64,000 bases of DNA from Oculina patagonica (Eukaryota), in the NCBI RefSeq assembly GCF_052425735.1, contig NC_135769.1, forward strand, positions 19,282,001 through 19,346,000. The letters are read 5' to 3'. Made by a program: the position numbers and the translations under genes. Below the pieces are notes generated by a model, which did no database searches, was not told where the DNA came from, and worked only from the letters and a program-made list of their open reading frames with translations. Shown here in pieces: positions 50,916 through 64,000 of this stretch (within the stretch, counting starts at the first letter, position 1; the number at the start of each line of letters is the position of its first letter).

Positions 50916-53900
50916 TTACCAGATCGTTTACGTAAAGCAAGCTATGTTTGCAGGCAGGAGATTTTCCAAACTGGGTCAAGAACAGAAAACCGCCATAGAG
51001 AAACCCCAAGAAAACTAGAAATGTTACTCTGTAGTTTTAATACTACTCCAGGCTTGAATTCTGCGTGTTATCCAATTGTTACGACTTCAAGCAACAGTTT
51101 TCTTTAAAACCGTTACAGAAACTAATTTAATTTCTTGCAAGTAAAGCATTTTGCGTTAGTAGCTAAGGAAGCCGTACTAACGCATTCGATTAAATACTTA
51201 CAAAACATGAGGTCATTTCATGTCGGTCGTCCAGACGAATTCAGATCTCGCAAAAAATGTTAGACAGATGATGTCAATGAAAATTCTCTGACGACGAATA
51301 ATTGTTAAATAGTAAAACATCCGGTAAAATTGCTGCAGTGTCATCAATCGAAAACTCTAGTGACATTTTAGTTCAGAAAACTCTTGGTTTTCCTGGGTTA
51401 AAAACTATGTCAAAAACTGTGATTCGTGATACGGCATCGAGACTTTGTGAGTTGTGTGGCTTAGAAATGCTCGTAGACCGTGAGTATTGTTCACCCGGGA
51501 TTGTTCAGAACCGCCAATTTACTGAAGACTAAAGAAAAGACGATCTATGCAAACGCCGACAAATAGATACATTTTCATTTTTGGATAAGCATCAAACTTT
51601 TAACTAATTGGATCCCCACGAAACCCACGGGCTATTCTAAAAACAGAAGACTAATAAATCACATCGAGTCTGAATTCGAAGGATAAAAAAATATGAATTT
51701 ATTTTTGTTCAACTTCCTTATATATAATGCTAAACGTGCTTTGGCCGGATATCTATGACGTGGTCCTTCAGAGATCTGTCATGTCTGTGTCGAAACAAAG
51801 AATTTGATTTGAATAACAATACATGTCAATTAGTTCGTAAACCGACTTATTTCCTCTAACGGAAATTGTCAATTGCTTATACTTGTAGAACTTATATTTT
51901 GTTGATATCGACTAATATCTTCATATCATATCATGGTTTATCGTTCATATTGGACTACCGTGGTATAATAACAAAAATATATGTGAGAATCCGAGCCTGA
52001 AGGAAACTCAGCAACCGTGACAAGGAAGTAGTGAAGGAGTTCTCACAAACTCCGCTCTCGAGTGTTAACAACAGGTTATGTGTACATTAGCGGTCGGTGA
52101 GAAATGACGTCAAAACTCGTGTTGTATTACGAACGCAGCCTTATTAAAATACCCAGGTATCCAGACAGAAATCAAGATTTTATAGGAATTCAAACGTTAT
52201 AAAGGCTTTCTATCGGCTAACTTTCGGTGGTCTGATTTTCTGGGGTGATTATTGCTTGTGGAAGGCTTGTCACTTGAGAAGGGCTAAGAGGGCGGTGCTT
52301 CGACTGTTTTCAATATTAAACATGTGCTTCGTAAAAATTTAAACGAATGCAAATCAGGAAACCGTGACCGCTGAGCAAGTCGCGACCAAAAAGACAGAAC
52401 ACAAACTCTAAAATAATCACGAGTCAAAACATTTGGCACTGAGCGAGCGAAACAATATACATGAATATAAATACATAGAAAAAAAGTGAAAGGCATGCAA
52501 GCTGTTCGGTTTGACGACAAAGAAGTCAAAAGAAAGGAATGTAAACAAAAAACGTAAAACAAAATAAAAATGAAACATTATTTTAAACGATTTTGGAGTT
52601 TGAAACACAAACTTGAAACCATTAGATTAAGGAATATGAACCGATAGATGAGGAATAGCTAATTAAAGAGACTAATAATGATAAGTCGTCAGATTCAATT
52701 AAAATTCTAATGAATTTACGAAGAAACAGCAGACAAGAACTTCTTATGATACAAATACAAACACAAGAATTAAAACTAAAACATGTTTAAGTAGATCTGC
52801 ATCCATCGTCAATTTCGACTGCATGTAATAATGTTATACGAAAACGATTTTACCGGCAACTTGGAAAAGTACTCTGTACCCTAATTTACGTTACGCAAGA
52901 TGAACATGCATGTTGTAGTTTCACAGTTGTGTAATTCAGCGAATACGTCAGACTCACAATGTAAGCTCGTGATCCTTAGTTTATGTTTAGTTTAGTGCCA
53001 GTTGAGGCCTTGTCGAGTTCTAGTCAACAACTTGCATTGATGAGTTAACCCCCAGAAACGGCTGTTTAACAACACGACTGCCCATTCGTCGGTATTCTTG
53101 GTTTGCAATCACGTGACAAGGCGGCCAGGTTGGATGAAAAAACAATAAAACATGTTTTTGCGGAATTTGCATGATAAAATAGTTTGGTTCCCAACGGAGG
53201 AGAACGCTTTGTTCCTGTCATCCAACATGGCTGCTGTGACGTCAGCTGCAAACCAGCAATATATAAAGACATCGAAAATAAATGGTAATTACGGAATTAC
53301 AACATGGAAATGAATGAGTAAAACACAATAGTGATAAAAAGGCAAAAAAAAAAAAAACTAACCTTGAAAACTAAAAAAAAACCATTTTGTTTGTTTAGAG
53401 GGTTTTGCCCACCCGATGTGCATGGCCTCCTTGATTTTCAGTTGAAAGGGCATAGAATCGGTGTCGAGGATTAAAAAAAATCTTCGATCGAACACGAAGC
53501 TTTGCAGATTCTGACCCTGGGCATTGTTTTGTTGGAAGATGTGCGAATCATTGTTATGTAAATGACATTCGCAATAACAAGCTATGCATACTTTATGATG
53601 ATTTCTCTAGCGTTCTCATCCTCGGAGACTCAATGGCAGTTAGTGGGAACGAGGGAAAGTCGAAACTGTGGGAAAAAGCGGTCCAACTTTTTCTTCACTG
53701 ATTTTTTTTCCCGAAGTTCGGCTTTCTCTCTTCTCAGCTAGTCTAAACAGTGCTCTGCTAAGCCTTAGTTATCTTAGGTTGCTTGTGGTTAGCCTTTATT
53801 TATTGGGGTTTATGTTAGGAGACTTAGGATTTGTTAGCCAATTAAAAAATTCAGTATTGTAGCAGCTGCATCGTCGTCGGTAGCCTAGTGGATATGTTTC

Positions 53901-55224
53901 CCGCTTGGTAATCCAACGACCCGGTTCAAATCTTTGTAAATTAAAAAAAAATATATCATAAGTGTGAATAATACCTCGGGACTGCGTGGGTTTAATGAAT
54001 GCAATCATTGGCACAAGTGTGAAGAAGTTCGTATGCAGTGATTTGTCGACACAACTACGACAATCACATATTGTTTACAAAACTTTCACTTTCACAGCCA
54101 CAAACAGCACGGCGAAACTGACCAATCAGTTTTAAGGACCAGACAACTTACACCAGCGACTGACAAGGCTTTTCACTTGACTCTGAAAATATCTTCAGAA
54201 GCTCAGCCAGCAAGTGCTTGTTCTACATCTGGTCGATCAGTTCGTCGCACTAGATAAACTACTGAAACTACTAGGGTTCGAAAAATAGGCCATTTCCGAG
54301 TTACCATTTACCTCTGTTTCAAAACGAGTCTACGTGCGAAAGCATTTAAATGAAAATGAGTTTGATTTGCATGAAAATGGACCTGTAGGTGAAACTCATT
54401 TTCTTATGAATGGTTTCGCACTTGGACTCATTTTGATAACAGAGGCAAAGGGCAAAGGGTAACTCGGAAATGGCCCATTCACTTTCTTGTTTATCTAACT
54501 CTGTGGCGAGATCAACTTGCTTCATGTATATATCTACTTGAAGACATCGGTTAATCTTCCGATTGCAGTTTTCACATACAAAAAAACCTATTAAAACGAT
54601 AGCTGCTGTTACCAGAGCATGACCCTAAGCTCAGAAAATGCTGCGACACTCGCTTCAGGCTCGCTTAGCTCCGGCAACAATATAGTGTATATTGTGGGTA
54701 AAGGGTGAAAAAAATTGCATGATGATCACAGTTTTGCTAGCCTGCGAACGCAGACCTATTTCCGGCTGTCGTTTCTGCGTTTGCAGGCTACAGTTTTGCT
54801 CGCGCTCGAAAACATGGAAATCTTAACTGAATCCTATTGGTTAAAAGTGCGCGTGCATTTTTTTTCGCCTTTGTTGCGTCACAATGCAAATCATTCTGAG
54901 TCTAAAGGGGAAAATGATCAGACCGGACGTGTTTTTTCTGAGGAGCCGGAATTTGCTGTTTGAAAAACACTTTAAACTGAAAAACGAAGCAGGAAGTTGG
55001 TTATAAAAGGTAAGTTTATCTCTTTTCCCTGTGAATCAATAAGTTGTCTTAAAACTCGTAAAGACGTACAGTTTTTGTTTCACTAATCTTTCCGGAATAG
55101 TTGCTTAGTGGCTTATATTAAAAAAGCGATGAAAAGCGAATTTTTGTGTTTAGAAACTAAAACAAACCGGATGACCACGATCTTTTGTTTTCTTGTTTTC
55201 TTTCGCTTTCGAAATTTTTTCCGT

Positions 55225-55489
55225 GCAGACCATTACGGACTTTGTTAAGAAGTCAATTAAATTTGCAGGGGCCTCTTATTGGAACTCATTAGACAATGAG
55301 GCCCGCCTTGAAGAATCTTTGGCGGGTTTCAAAAGTTCATTAATAGAACATGGTTTTTAAATCTGTTGTATCATCTAGGGACTTTAATGATTTAGCGTAG
55401 TTTATTGATTTCTTAATTTATTGTTATTTTCATAAGACACGACCACATCAGCTATTATGCTGCAATATTTATCGTGTGTAAATAAAAGC

Positions 55490-55535
<46 letters not shown>
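55225..55535 (+). mobile_element. CR1/L2-type LINE 3' end with (TTA)n tail
   Basis: Encodes TDFVKKSIKFAGASYWNSLDNEARLEESLAGFKSSL; AAATAAA followed by a TTA microsatellite. Confidence 0.7.
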
Positions 55536-57404
55536 TTGTACGGTTTCGTCGTTTCAGAACACTTACCTTTAGTTTTAATTTTTCAGTTTTCGTCCGTACG
55601 TATCTGGCTTCGTGACAGTAAATCTGAAATTGCTGAAATCAGTGCAAAGCCGTACGTATAGGATTGCGATAAGTTTCTCATCTTTAGTCGGTTTTGTGTA
55701 CAAAATGCTTTAGAGAGAAAAGCTTTCGCTGGCAGTGGCAGCTCGCCTGCAAACACAGACATTGTTTTGGATAATGGTGGAAAGTTAATACCAACACACA
55801 AAAAGGTGTCTGCGTTTGAAGGATCAGCCATTATTTGAACAAGTACAATTCAGTATTTATCACTTATTCAGAGCCATAAATAAATTGCGCCCGTAAACAC
55901 ACAAGAACTGCATCATGAAGTGAGCTCTAAGGTATCGTTCAGGTAAGAAACTTACTGCAAAAAACAAGAGAGCATAAAATCTCATCAATGATGTAACACC
56001 AACAGTTTCTAAATCGTTTATTAGCATAGCTGTGTTATTGAGAAAACCAGTGAAGCCCTCTCGTCTTAGCAATGACCAGTGAATTCTTTCCTAACCTTCG
56101 TGCAAGCAAAACATGGATCACATTACTATTCTGTAAGGTATCAGTATGACTCAATTTCATTTACCGGTAAAAATGCAAATTCTATTTTTAAAATCACTTC
56201 CTAAGAAATTTGTGGTCTTTCTTTTGGAAATAATTTGAAAAGAGTTTTTTCTATTTTTGAGGTGGAGGGAATAAATGATTTTGATTTTTTTTTATTTAAT
56301 ACACTTTATTTCAAACACATAGCACTACATTACAATATAATTTACTTAATCAAGTTACAAAACTTTACACAGCTTTCACTATACATTTCAGATAGTCTAC
56401 ATTAAATTTTGAATTTTAATTACCGCCAACTAAGCGTTGACAAGTTCCCGTCAAGTTTATTTTTTCCCGCGAACGGCAAAAAATCAACTTCTACCGTCTG
56501 CCATTCGTACGCGGAAATGATTGTGCTTGTCGTGAATGTGGGTATTTTCCTTATTTTTATGAGGGATAAATTTAAGAATTCGATAAAAAGGTAACAGAAT
56601 GAAAGGCAAGCTCGCGTTTACCTTCTAACTTCACGCTTAATCTCTCTATTGATAACTTGAACACATAAAAGGCAGGTTTTGAGGCTTCCGAAGACCTTCC
56701 GAGGCAATGTTTACAATAACGTGTGCTAAATTTCAAAGCTGTGAATCTAATTATGATAATTTAATTCGCTTTGATCCAGCGCACGAGACACAAAGCCGGA
56801 GAACAATAAGTACTAATTACTTGTACAAAGAACTTGAAGAAAAAATTCTTATATTTCGTTTGTTGTCGGCTTCAGTCGTCGCAGTTCCTGCATACTTTTT
56901 AAATAAATACATACATAATGATTGCAGAAGGGGTGTTTTCTTGTAGCTTTAATTCGCTGAATTTTGAACATCGATCCCGCTAAAACTTGTTAAGGAAATT
57001 AGAGGATGATGGAATAAACTACACTCTTTTTAACTCGGAAAAGAGTTGTAGTGGGCGAAGTGAATTCACTCCTTCACTCCATCACTCCTTCACTCGTTTC
57101 CTGTTAGACATATGCACGCAATGCGTGCAAGTGTTTTAAGGCCTCTAGAGAATTAGACCTTTTCTCTGATACCTACATTTCTTGTTAAATTACATAAAAT
57201 TAACATGCTTAGTCACCAACCGAAATATTGTATTAATGTCAGTTTCTTGAAATAATATTATGATATTTTTTCAGCTATAAGCCGAGACCGTAAACCTTTG
57301 GTTTTTTAGAACCAGTTAGAAAAAAACTAACCCAAAACACTCAGCTAAAGATGAATTTATTTCAGTACGATTTGGTGAAAAAATCGCTCGACTTATAGCC
57401 AATG

Positions 57405-57405
57405 A

Positions 57406-57469
<64 letters not shown>
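57405..57469 (+). repeat. (ATT)n microsatellite
   Basis: Perfect ATT run. Confidence 0.95.
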
Positions 57470-58803
57470 TTTCGTTACCTTCAAATAACAAAAAGGAAAA
57501 ATAAAAAGAAAGAAATCAATTTACAACAAATAGGAACTCTATCTCTTGGCCTTTCGGTCTGCTCTCGATCCGTATTTGATGACAATCAAAGTGAAGTAAA
57601 CAGAAGTTTGGAGAGTATAACATCATTTGTATTAGCAAACCTTTATTTGTCAGTGTGTTGTTTTCGATTCTTGTTTCATAATAACTTTTCCGAGTTTAGT
57701 GGCTTATAGCCACTTTTAGTTATTATTTAAAAGGTTGTTGTTGTTGTTTTTCCGACCGAGGCTGAATATTATTATTTTTCTTCCGATTTTAGGCTGAAAA
57801 TATTCTTATGAACATTCTTAAATAATACCGTTTGACATTTCTGTGTTAGCATGTATTGGGGTATCAATTACAAGTGTTTGGTGTCCAGATCTGTAGCGTG
57901 TTATATTGTGCACATGTACCATTGCTTTTCGTTGCAGCCAGCCGCAAGATGTCGCGTCAGACGACACTTGGCCGTTTTGACATTCCTCGCCGAGATACAA
58001 TGACGGAAATGAAAATACCTGATTTTGTTTCAACTGAAAACATATTTAATTGTTTTGTATTTACAAATTTTCAACTGAAAATGATATTCTTTTCAAAATT
58101 TCAGCTTCGGGTTTATTCTTAAAATATTCTCAAAATTCGCAAATTTCAGCCTCGATATTCTTATAAACTAGATTCTTTTAAAATAAAAAAGAGTGTAATG
58201 ATTGTCGCTTTACTGAGAGATGGTCGTTTACTGTGGTGTTACAAGCTCTTGAAAGTTTAACTGCAAATAATGCGATTTTTGTGTCCAAATTTTAGCTAGA
58301 ATAGAGCAACGAATTAAATGGCTTTATAACCTTGTGATAAACCATAGCCTCTTTTGTGTTGTGGCAAGAACGAAATTCCCTAATTCAAAAACTACTAGAA
58401 ATTATTAGCTTCTAAAAGGGTAAAAATGTGAAATCTAAATTTTGAACCGTGCTATCTTCTTTTTAAAAAGGAAATTTCAAAATTCGTTCTTGCCAGAACA
58501 CAACAGAGCACATCAACTCCTGAAATTCTATATCGGCGGAGCAAACTTGGACTCAAAATTGTAGGTTTTAAGGTTTTCGAAGACCTTTGGAGTGTCAGTA
58601 AATAAGGGATATACATTTAAGCCGTGAACCTAATTATGATAATTCGCTATGTTCCAGCGCACGGGACACAAAGTTGAGAACAATAACGTGTAATTAATTA
58701 CTGTATACGAAGAATACGAAGAACTTCACGAAATTTATTCTTATGAATATTCCGTTTGTTGTCGGCTTACATGCAGTCGTCGCAGTTCGTGCATACTCTT
58801 TGA

Positions 58804-60152
58804 GGCACTGTTTACACGGACGCGGTTTCATTTGTAACCGCATCGCATTCGATGTGGTTACGCCTTTCGTTTACACGGCTCCAATCGAGACACAACTGAA
58901 ACCGGATCGTTTTGCAAACGCTCTCAACAGTGGAGCTTTTTCAAAACGATACGGTTTTATTGGTCGTGTAAACGGCAAAACCGCATCGATTTGAAAACAG
59001 TTTAGTGTTTTGCCACAAATTGACGGGATCGCGAAGAGTAAACATGACGAACCTCGCACAGAGTGCAGCGCTTGCTTATACAATCATGCCACGTTCGAAA
59101 ACACTTTGAAAACGGTAGGATATGTTTCGTGTAAACACTTCGAAACCGTGTCGTTATCTTTTTTTTACATTTTTGTTGCGATTACAAAACAAATTATTTA
59201 CAAACACACTACTAACTACAAACTGATAAAACATACGTATTACTACTAACTAACACTAATTACAAGTTACATTTCACAGACAGCCAGACTATATTAATTT
59301 CAACTAAGTGAATTTAACTTACTAGAACCTATAACTTCTTTTGACTAATTAGTTATGTGTATACCCTATACTGCTTTAAAAATGTCATGTTAACAATAGC
59401 ATTTTACAATAACATTTTCTGTCACTTTTTGTAATGAAAAGCTTCTTTTTTGTTCTTTTTCGCGATACAAAGCTCTAGCTTTCGAATTTGAATTGCTTTG
59501 GCTTTCAGTAAGGAAAGCGATGGTTTGATATTTTTGTTACGGCAAATATATATAGTATATTTACCTAACAGAATTAAATGGTTTAACAAATTACTATCTG
59601 GAATGTTGTCGAAACAACCAAAGAGGATGGTTATCTCGTCAAGCTTATCAACTTGAATGTTATGATTGTTTAGAAATGACGGCAGACCAAAAATCTATCA
59701 TATAAACACTTTACCAAAATATGCTACAGAGTTTCTTCGTGATCTCCACAAAAGGTGCATAACGGGGAAGGAATTAATTTCATTTTACATAAAATGCTAT
59801 TTGTGTAGAGGATGCGATTTAAAATCTTGTATCGAAAGGCACGCGTTCTCGTGTCAAGAGTGACTCGACCAGGCAATTGATAAATATTTTTCCAGTCCAA
59901 GGAGTTGGAAACATTATATAAGGAATCAAACGTAGATTGAGCAGTTAGTGGAATTTGGACTCGTTTAACCAGGGCCGAATAAATCGATTTAGAACTCATA
60001 CTAGTTATATCTTCATAGCCATTGTCGGAGACCGTTTTATCGATTTGGTTTGCATCTTCTCCATTTTTCATAAGAAGTAAGTTATCGTTATCGATGCGGT
60101 TTCAAGGTCATGAACCGTGTTGATTAATAACCGCGTCCGTGTAAACGATGCC
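58804..60152. mobile_element. PIF/Harbinger-like MITE (TGA TSD) interrupted by a LINE fragment
   Basis: TGA|GGCACTGTTTACACGGACGCGGTT...AACCGCGTCCGTGTAAACGATGCC|TGA. Confidence 0.8.
59160..60080 (-). mobile_element. 5'-truncated L1/Tx1-type LINE 3' end (zf-RVT region, degenerate)
   Basis: WKNIYQLPGRVTLDTRTRAFRYKILNRILYTN..LCTFCGDHEETL; downstream LLNHLILLGKY-like remnant, AT-rich UTR and poly(A) (T-run at about 59160). Confidence 0.8.
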
Positions 60153-61171
60153 TGAATAAATAGATATATAACGATTGCAAGGGTGCGGCGCGACCTTAAG
60201 TATGACGTCATGTAACTGAGACTAACCAGAGTTAACACAGCCAATATGACGTAGAAGTCTCTAGAGGAAGCCGAGGCGATAATTGCAAATGCCGAACATA
60301 AACACATTTACCTTTACGCTATCGCGTTTTATAATTAATTCTCAGGTTCTTTTTGGTATTCCCATTCAACAGTTTCTTGGTTTCAGCATTTTATTCTGCG
60401 TTCCGACGTCTACGCTTGCTCCAGGAGTCGTTTCGAGTCAAGCAGTCATTTTCCGCTTCGAGGGCTGCACGTCGATTTAGCGATGAGCGCTCATGGACCC
60501 TCGTGGCTCCAATAGATTGGTCAAAAAATGGCTAGACGCAAGCTCAAGGACAATTTTCAAAACTAGCTTCCGCGTGCAGTTAACAAATAATTAGCAGAAC
60601 TGCTGTTCATTAGGCGAACTAATTAATTGGTAACGAAAACTTGGATAGGCCAGATAGCCATTATGTCAGCCTCACTTTATGCAGTCTAAATGGCAGCAAG
60701 TTCGAAATATACATGCTCTTCTTTTGAAAGACAAACAAACCTCACGTACGGTGTGAAAACACTTGAAAATATTTAGCAACTAAAATTGCCTATTGACTTG
60801 CTGTTCGAGATACATAACATCAAACTCAAGCATCCAGTTCAGCTTCCTATAAGTTTGATCACTGGATTGAAGAATTCTTCGGGCGATTTGTTTTTGACTG
60901 GTCCTTTGAAGGATTGCGATGTATGACAATAGTTGTAAAGCTGTGCACCGTTCGGAAAAGACGCAACTGGAATGATGTAGGTTCAAGGTACCAAATTTTG
61001 GGTTTGTTTCAAGTTTTGCAATTTCAAATTACTGGTCGCATTTATTAACTATCAAATGGTCGCAGTTATGTCGCGTGATCTAAACTCCCTTTATATTAAA
61101 AATACTTATCTTCCGTTCGCTTAGACAAGACTCGAGTGGTGGGAAAATAAAATGTAAATATAAATTTCCTA

Positions 61172-61400
61172 ACTGACCACTCACCCAATGAGGCTTTTCA
61201 AGGCCAATGTGAACAAATACTAAAACAAATATTGCAAATAAACATTAAATCCCAACTGGCGTGAGGCAGGCCAGTTGGCTATTTACAAACGTAGCCGGGG
61301 ATGGAAACTCGGGACTACCGAGAACATATCCAGCTTGTGGTCAGAGCGAGATTTAAATCCGCGACCTCCGGATTTTAAGTCCACCGCTCTAACCACTCGA
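61172..61400 (-). mobile_element. Degenerate tRNA-derived SINE
   Basis: Minus strand CGAGTGGTTAGAGCGGTGGACTTAAAATCCGGAGGTCGCGGATTTAAATC (A/B-box head), followed by a body with TAAATAGCCAACTGG..CCAGTTGGGATT. Confidence 0.7.
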
Positions 61401-61849
61401 AAACTTGAAGCGATTAATCGTATTATCTATGGCTGTGTTGCTTGAAGCAACATCTCTTTTTTTGAAATTGGAACGCGTTTCAAAACACTTTTTTTCTATT
61501 TGAACTGAGACCCTAGGCCAAAAAACGACAATTGTTTGTGGATGATTATAAAATGCAAATTGTCATCACGTCATAGTTTCCGTGGAGTTATCTGCCAATA
61601 CATATAATTAAATCACTTGGTGTCATCGATCGCAGAATTGGAAGAGCTTTTCTCGTCCGTAACTCCAAAATAATTATTGCCGTAAAGGCACGCACGTTTT
61701 AAGTTCGTTTAAAGCCACATTTGAAGCGATTTAGCTGAAATGTTTCCAAATAGCTGCTCTACAAAAGTGTCTCCGATTTTTGACCTGATTAAAAAGTTTT
61801 GGCTTTGTTTGTTAAAGGATATCACAAGGTTTCGAACATCAAACTTTAG

Positions 61850-62113
61850 AATGATAATGATAATCAATTTATATAGCGCATTTTTCATACGCAATGTTCA
61901 AATGCGCTGTACACATACTGTAATTTACTACACAAAGGCCAGACCACAACACCGGGAACTTCGTGCCCTACTCTTTGCGAATAGTGTGTGGGTTCTTTAA
62001 CGTGCCCTGTTATGAGACTGAAGATACAGGAGACGGGACCTACGGTTTATCGTCCTTTTCCGAGAAGACTAGATTGTCTAACCATTTGCAGATGTAATTA
62101 CAAAGGCAGCACA

Positions 62114-62154
<41 letters not shown>

Positions 62155-62225
62155 TGGGGTTCGAACCCACGACCTCCCGCACAGCAGTCCGGCGCCCTAC
62201 CAACTGAGCTAACCAGGCGGCGGTT
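61850..62225 (-). mobile_element. tRNA-derived SINE with Deu/Nin-like core and L2-like tail
   Basis: Head GGTTAGCTCAGTTGGTAGGGCG..GGTTCGAACCC; core GGACGATAAACCGTAGGTCCCGTC; tail GCGCTATATAAATTG(ATTATC)n; TTAGAAT on both flanks. Confidence 0.85.
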
Positions 62226-62305
62226 AGAATAGTATACAACCACCCTGGTTAATTCATAAACCAGTGACAGCGCTCAGCAAAATTAAAGCAAAGAAAGTAC
62301 ACACG

Positions 62306-62639
62306 CCCAGGGGGGGTACTCTGGGATCAAAGTGACGGGGATGATCGAATGGAGGCAAAACTCAGGACCCCAAAAAATCCGACATTACCCAAAAAAATCC
62401 CTGGACCAAAAAAAACGCCCATAAAAATCCCTAGTCAAATTACCCCTAAATTGCCAAGGCCGCGCTAAGGCACTTTAGTTTGATTTTAATACCCAAAAAA
62501 ATCCCCTATTTCAATCAAGTCACCCAAAAAAATACCTGCCAAATTCTCCTACCCAAAAAAATCCCGGAATCGAAAATTTCGACCCCAAAAAAATCCTTCG
62601 CACATCCCCGTCACTTGGACCCCGGAGTACCCCCCTGGG
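62306..62639. mobile_element. MITE with CCCAGGGGGGGTACTC termini, 8-bp TSD TACACACG
   Basis: Inverted, highly similar copy of 12279-12625. Confidence 0.85.
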
Positions 62640-64000
62640 TACACACGATTACATATTAGTATTGTAGTTAGTTTTCTTTTAATAAACGTTGATAACAAAA
62701 TCTGTCTAAAAATCCAAAGTACCTTTTCTTTGATATTGTTTACATCAAATTTCTTTCGTTTTTTTTTTTGCAGGTCTAGGATATTGGACAGCAATGCATT
62801 TAATAGTTCTTAGATCTTTTTACATTTGTTCACTAATTAAACATACGTATTAATCTGTTTAATACACATTATTAGTGATTGGTATACGTTAAGTTTTATT
62901 AATAAATAAAATAAGCAAAAAACTGCAGAGGCAGCTAAATTTAACGTAGGATTCATGAACTAGCTTTGCTTTCAAGTGACAACACTAGTGGGAAACAACA
63001 ACAAAACAAACGAACTGTCATGTTACAGCCCGTATAAATGACCAATAACAAACAGCAACTTTTAAGTTAAAACACAGACGAACAATGACAGAATGAACAG
63101 GATACTTGATGAAGGCTCTCAACGAGTAGCTTTCGTTAAGTTGACTTGCGTCGTACAGAAAGACAGGTCACAACCCATTTGTCTTCTATTTCTGTTTAGA
63201 CGGGTAATTGCAAGTGGTTTCCTATAAGAGAAAAAACAACTTCCAAAATACTAAGCCTGCCTTACGAAGAACCTAACATACTGATAGCTAACGAGCCAAC
63301 AACAGACCAATGTGCATCAAGAAAACAGGGCGACCACAAACAGAAAGAAAGTACAGTTTTACAAATTACAAACGGTCACATTTTTGGGTTGCCTGTGTAA
63401 GAACAGCTAGAGAATAAGTTTTTGTGTGGCTTATACAAAGTATATCCCGCACATTGTCAACGGTGGCGATTATTTACTTTTTTGTAACTGTTTCTCTAAT
63501 CTACATTACGACGAGTAAGGAAACTGATTTGAACAGGAAGTCAAGAAAAGAAACTGAGAAAAAGAAAACCACAAGGAGGAAAAGAAAGTAATCTTCAGAT
63601 GATTTCTTTTCTTCTTTTTTGCTTTTCTTTTTTGAGATAATGGAAACTTGATAAGAGAAGAGAATTAAATTCTATTCAGTGATGTTTGTCGCAGCTATTC
63701 ATCTGTAAGGAAACGACACACCATCGGTTCACTTGCTCCTAAAAATGAACAGAAAAGTACTTTGGTGAATTGAGTATTTTGAAAAATTTGCTACATACAA
63801 AGAACGGCTGACTCGTTTTTCGAACTCTGTCAAGTGATAGTTCTTTGTCTATTTTGACCTATGTTTCCACTGTCTCCAACCAGAACAAGAACCTTGTAAC
63901 GAAAATTTATTTCTATAAACAACCTACTAAGTTAAAGTCAACAGCAGTCCAGAAGGTAACCGGTCGTTTCGCTAATCGACGCTAACGATCAGTTCGCTAA

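Noticed and set aside
62140-62222. Possible tRNA gene on the minus strand
   Set aside because: The A/B boxes continue into a SINE body and tail with flanking direct repeats; this is a SINE head
51000-64000. Many short ORFs of 60-95 aa
   Set aside because: No recognisable domains or consistent splice phases; most overlap repeats or AT-rich intergenic DNA

Overview
Eukaryotic, intron-rich, AT-rich genomic DNA. The repeat landscape and gene content suggest an anthozoan, probably a stony coral (inference). Five spliced protein-coding genes were reconstructed by hand from splice sites and reading frames: TEPSIN (-, 16 exons, with a probable U12-type intron and an apparent 1-nt frameshift in the last exon); a signal-anchored TH2/Cto1-like HAD phosphatase (+) lying head-to-head with TEPSIN; NTHL1 (-); a secreted PAN/apple-EGF-fibrinogen protein (+); and ATF7IP/MCAF1/Windei (-). 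Introns and intergenic DNA are dense in MITEs, SINEs and LINE 3' ends, and there is one assembly gap. The most striking structure is the second coding intron of ATF7IP, a cofactor of the TE-silencing enzyme SETDB1. It holds two independent, TSD-flanked, fold-back Penelope-type insertions carrying four minimal hammerhead ribozymes, two of them in the pre-mRNA sense. A TA-flanked fold-back DNA element carrying a 5S rRNA-derived cassette sits in the HAD gene intron. All assignments come from reading the sequence; no searches were run.
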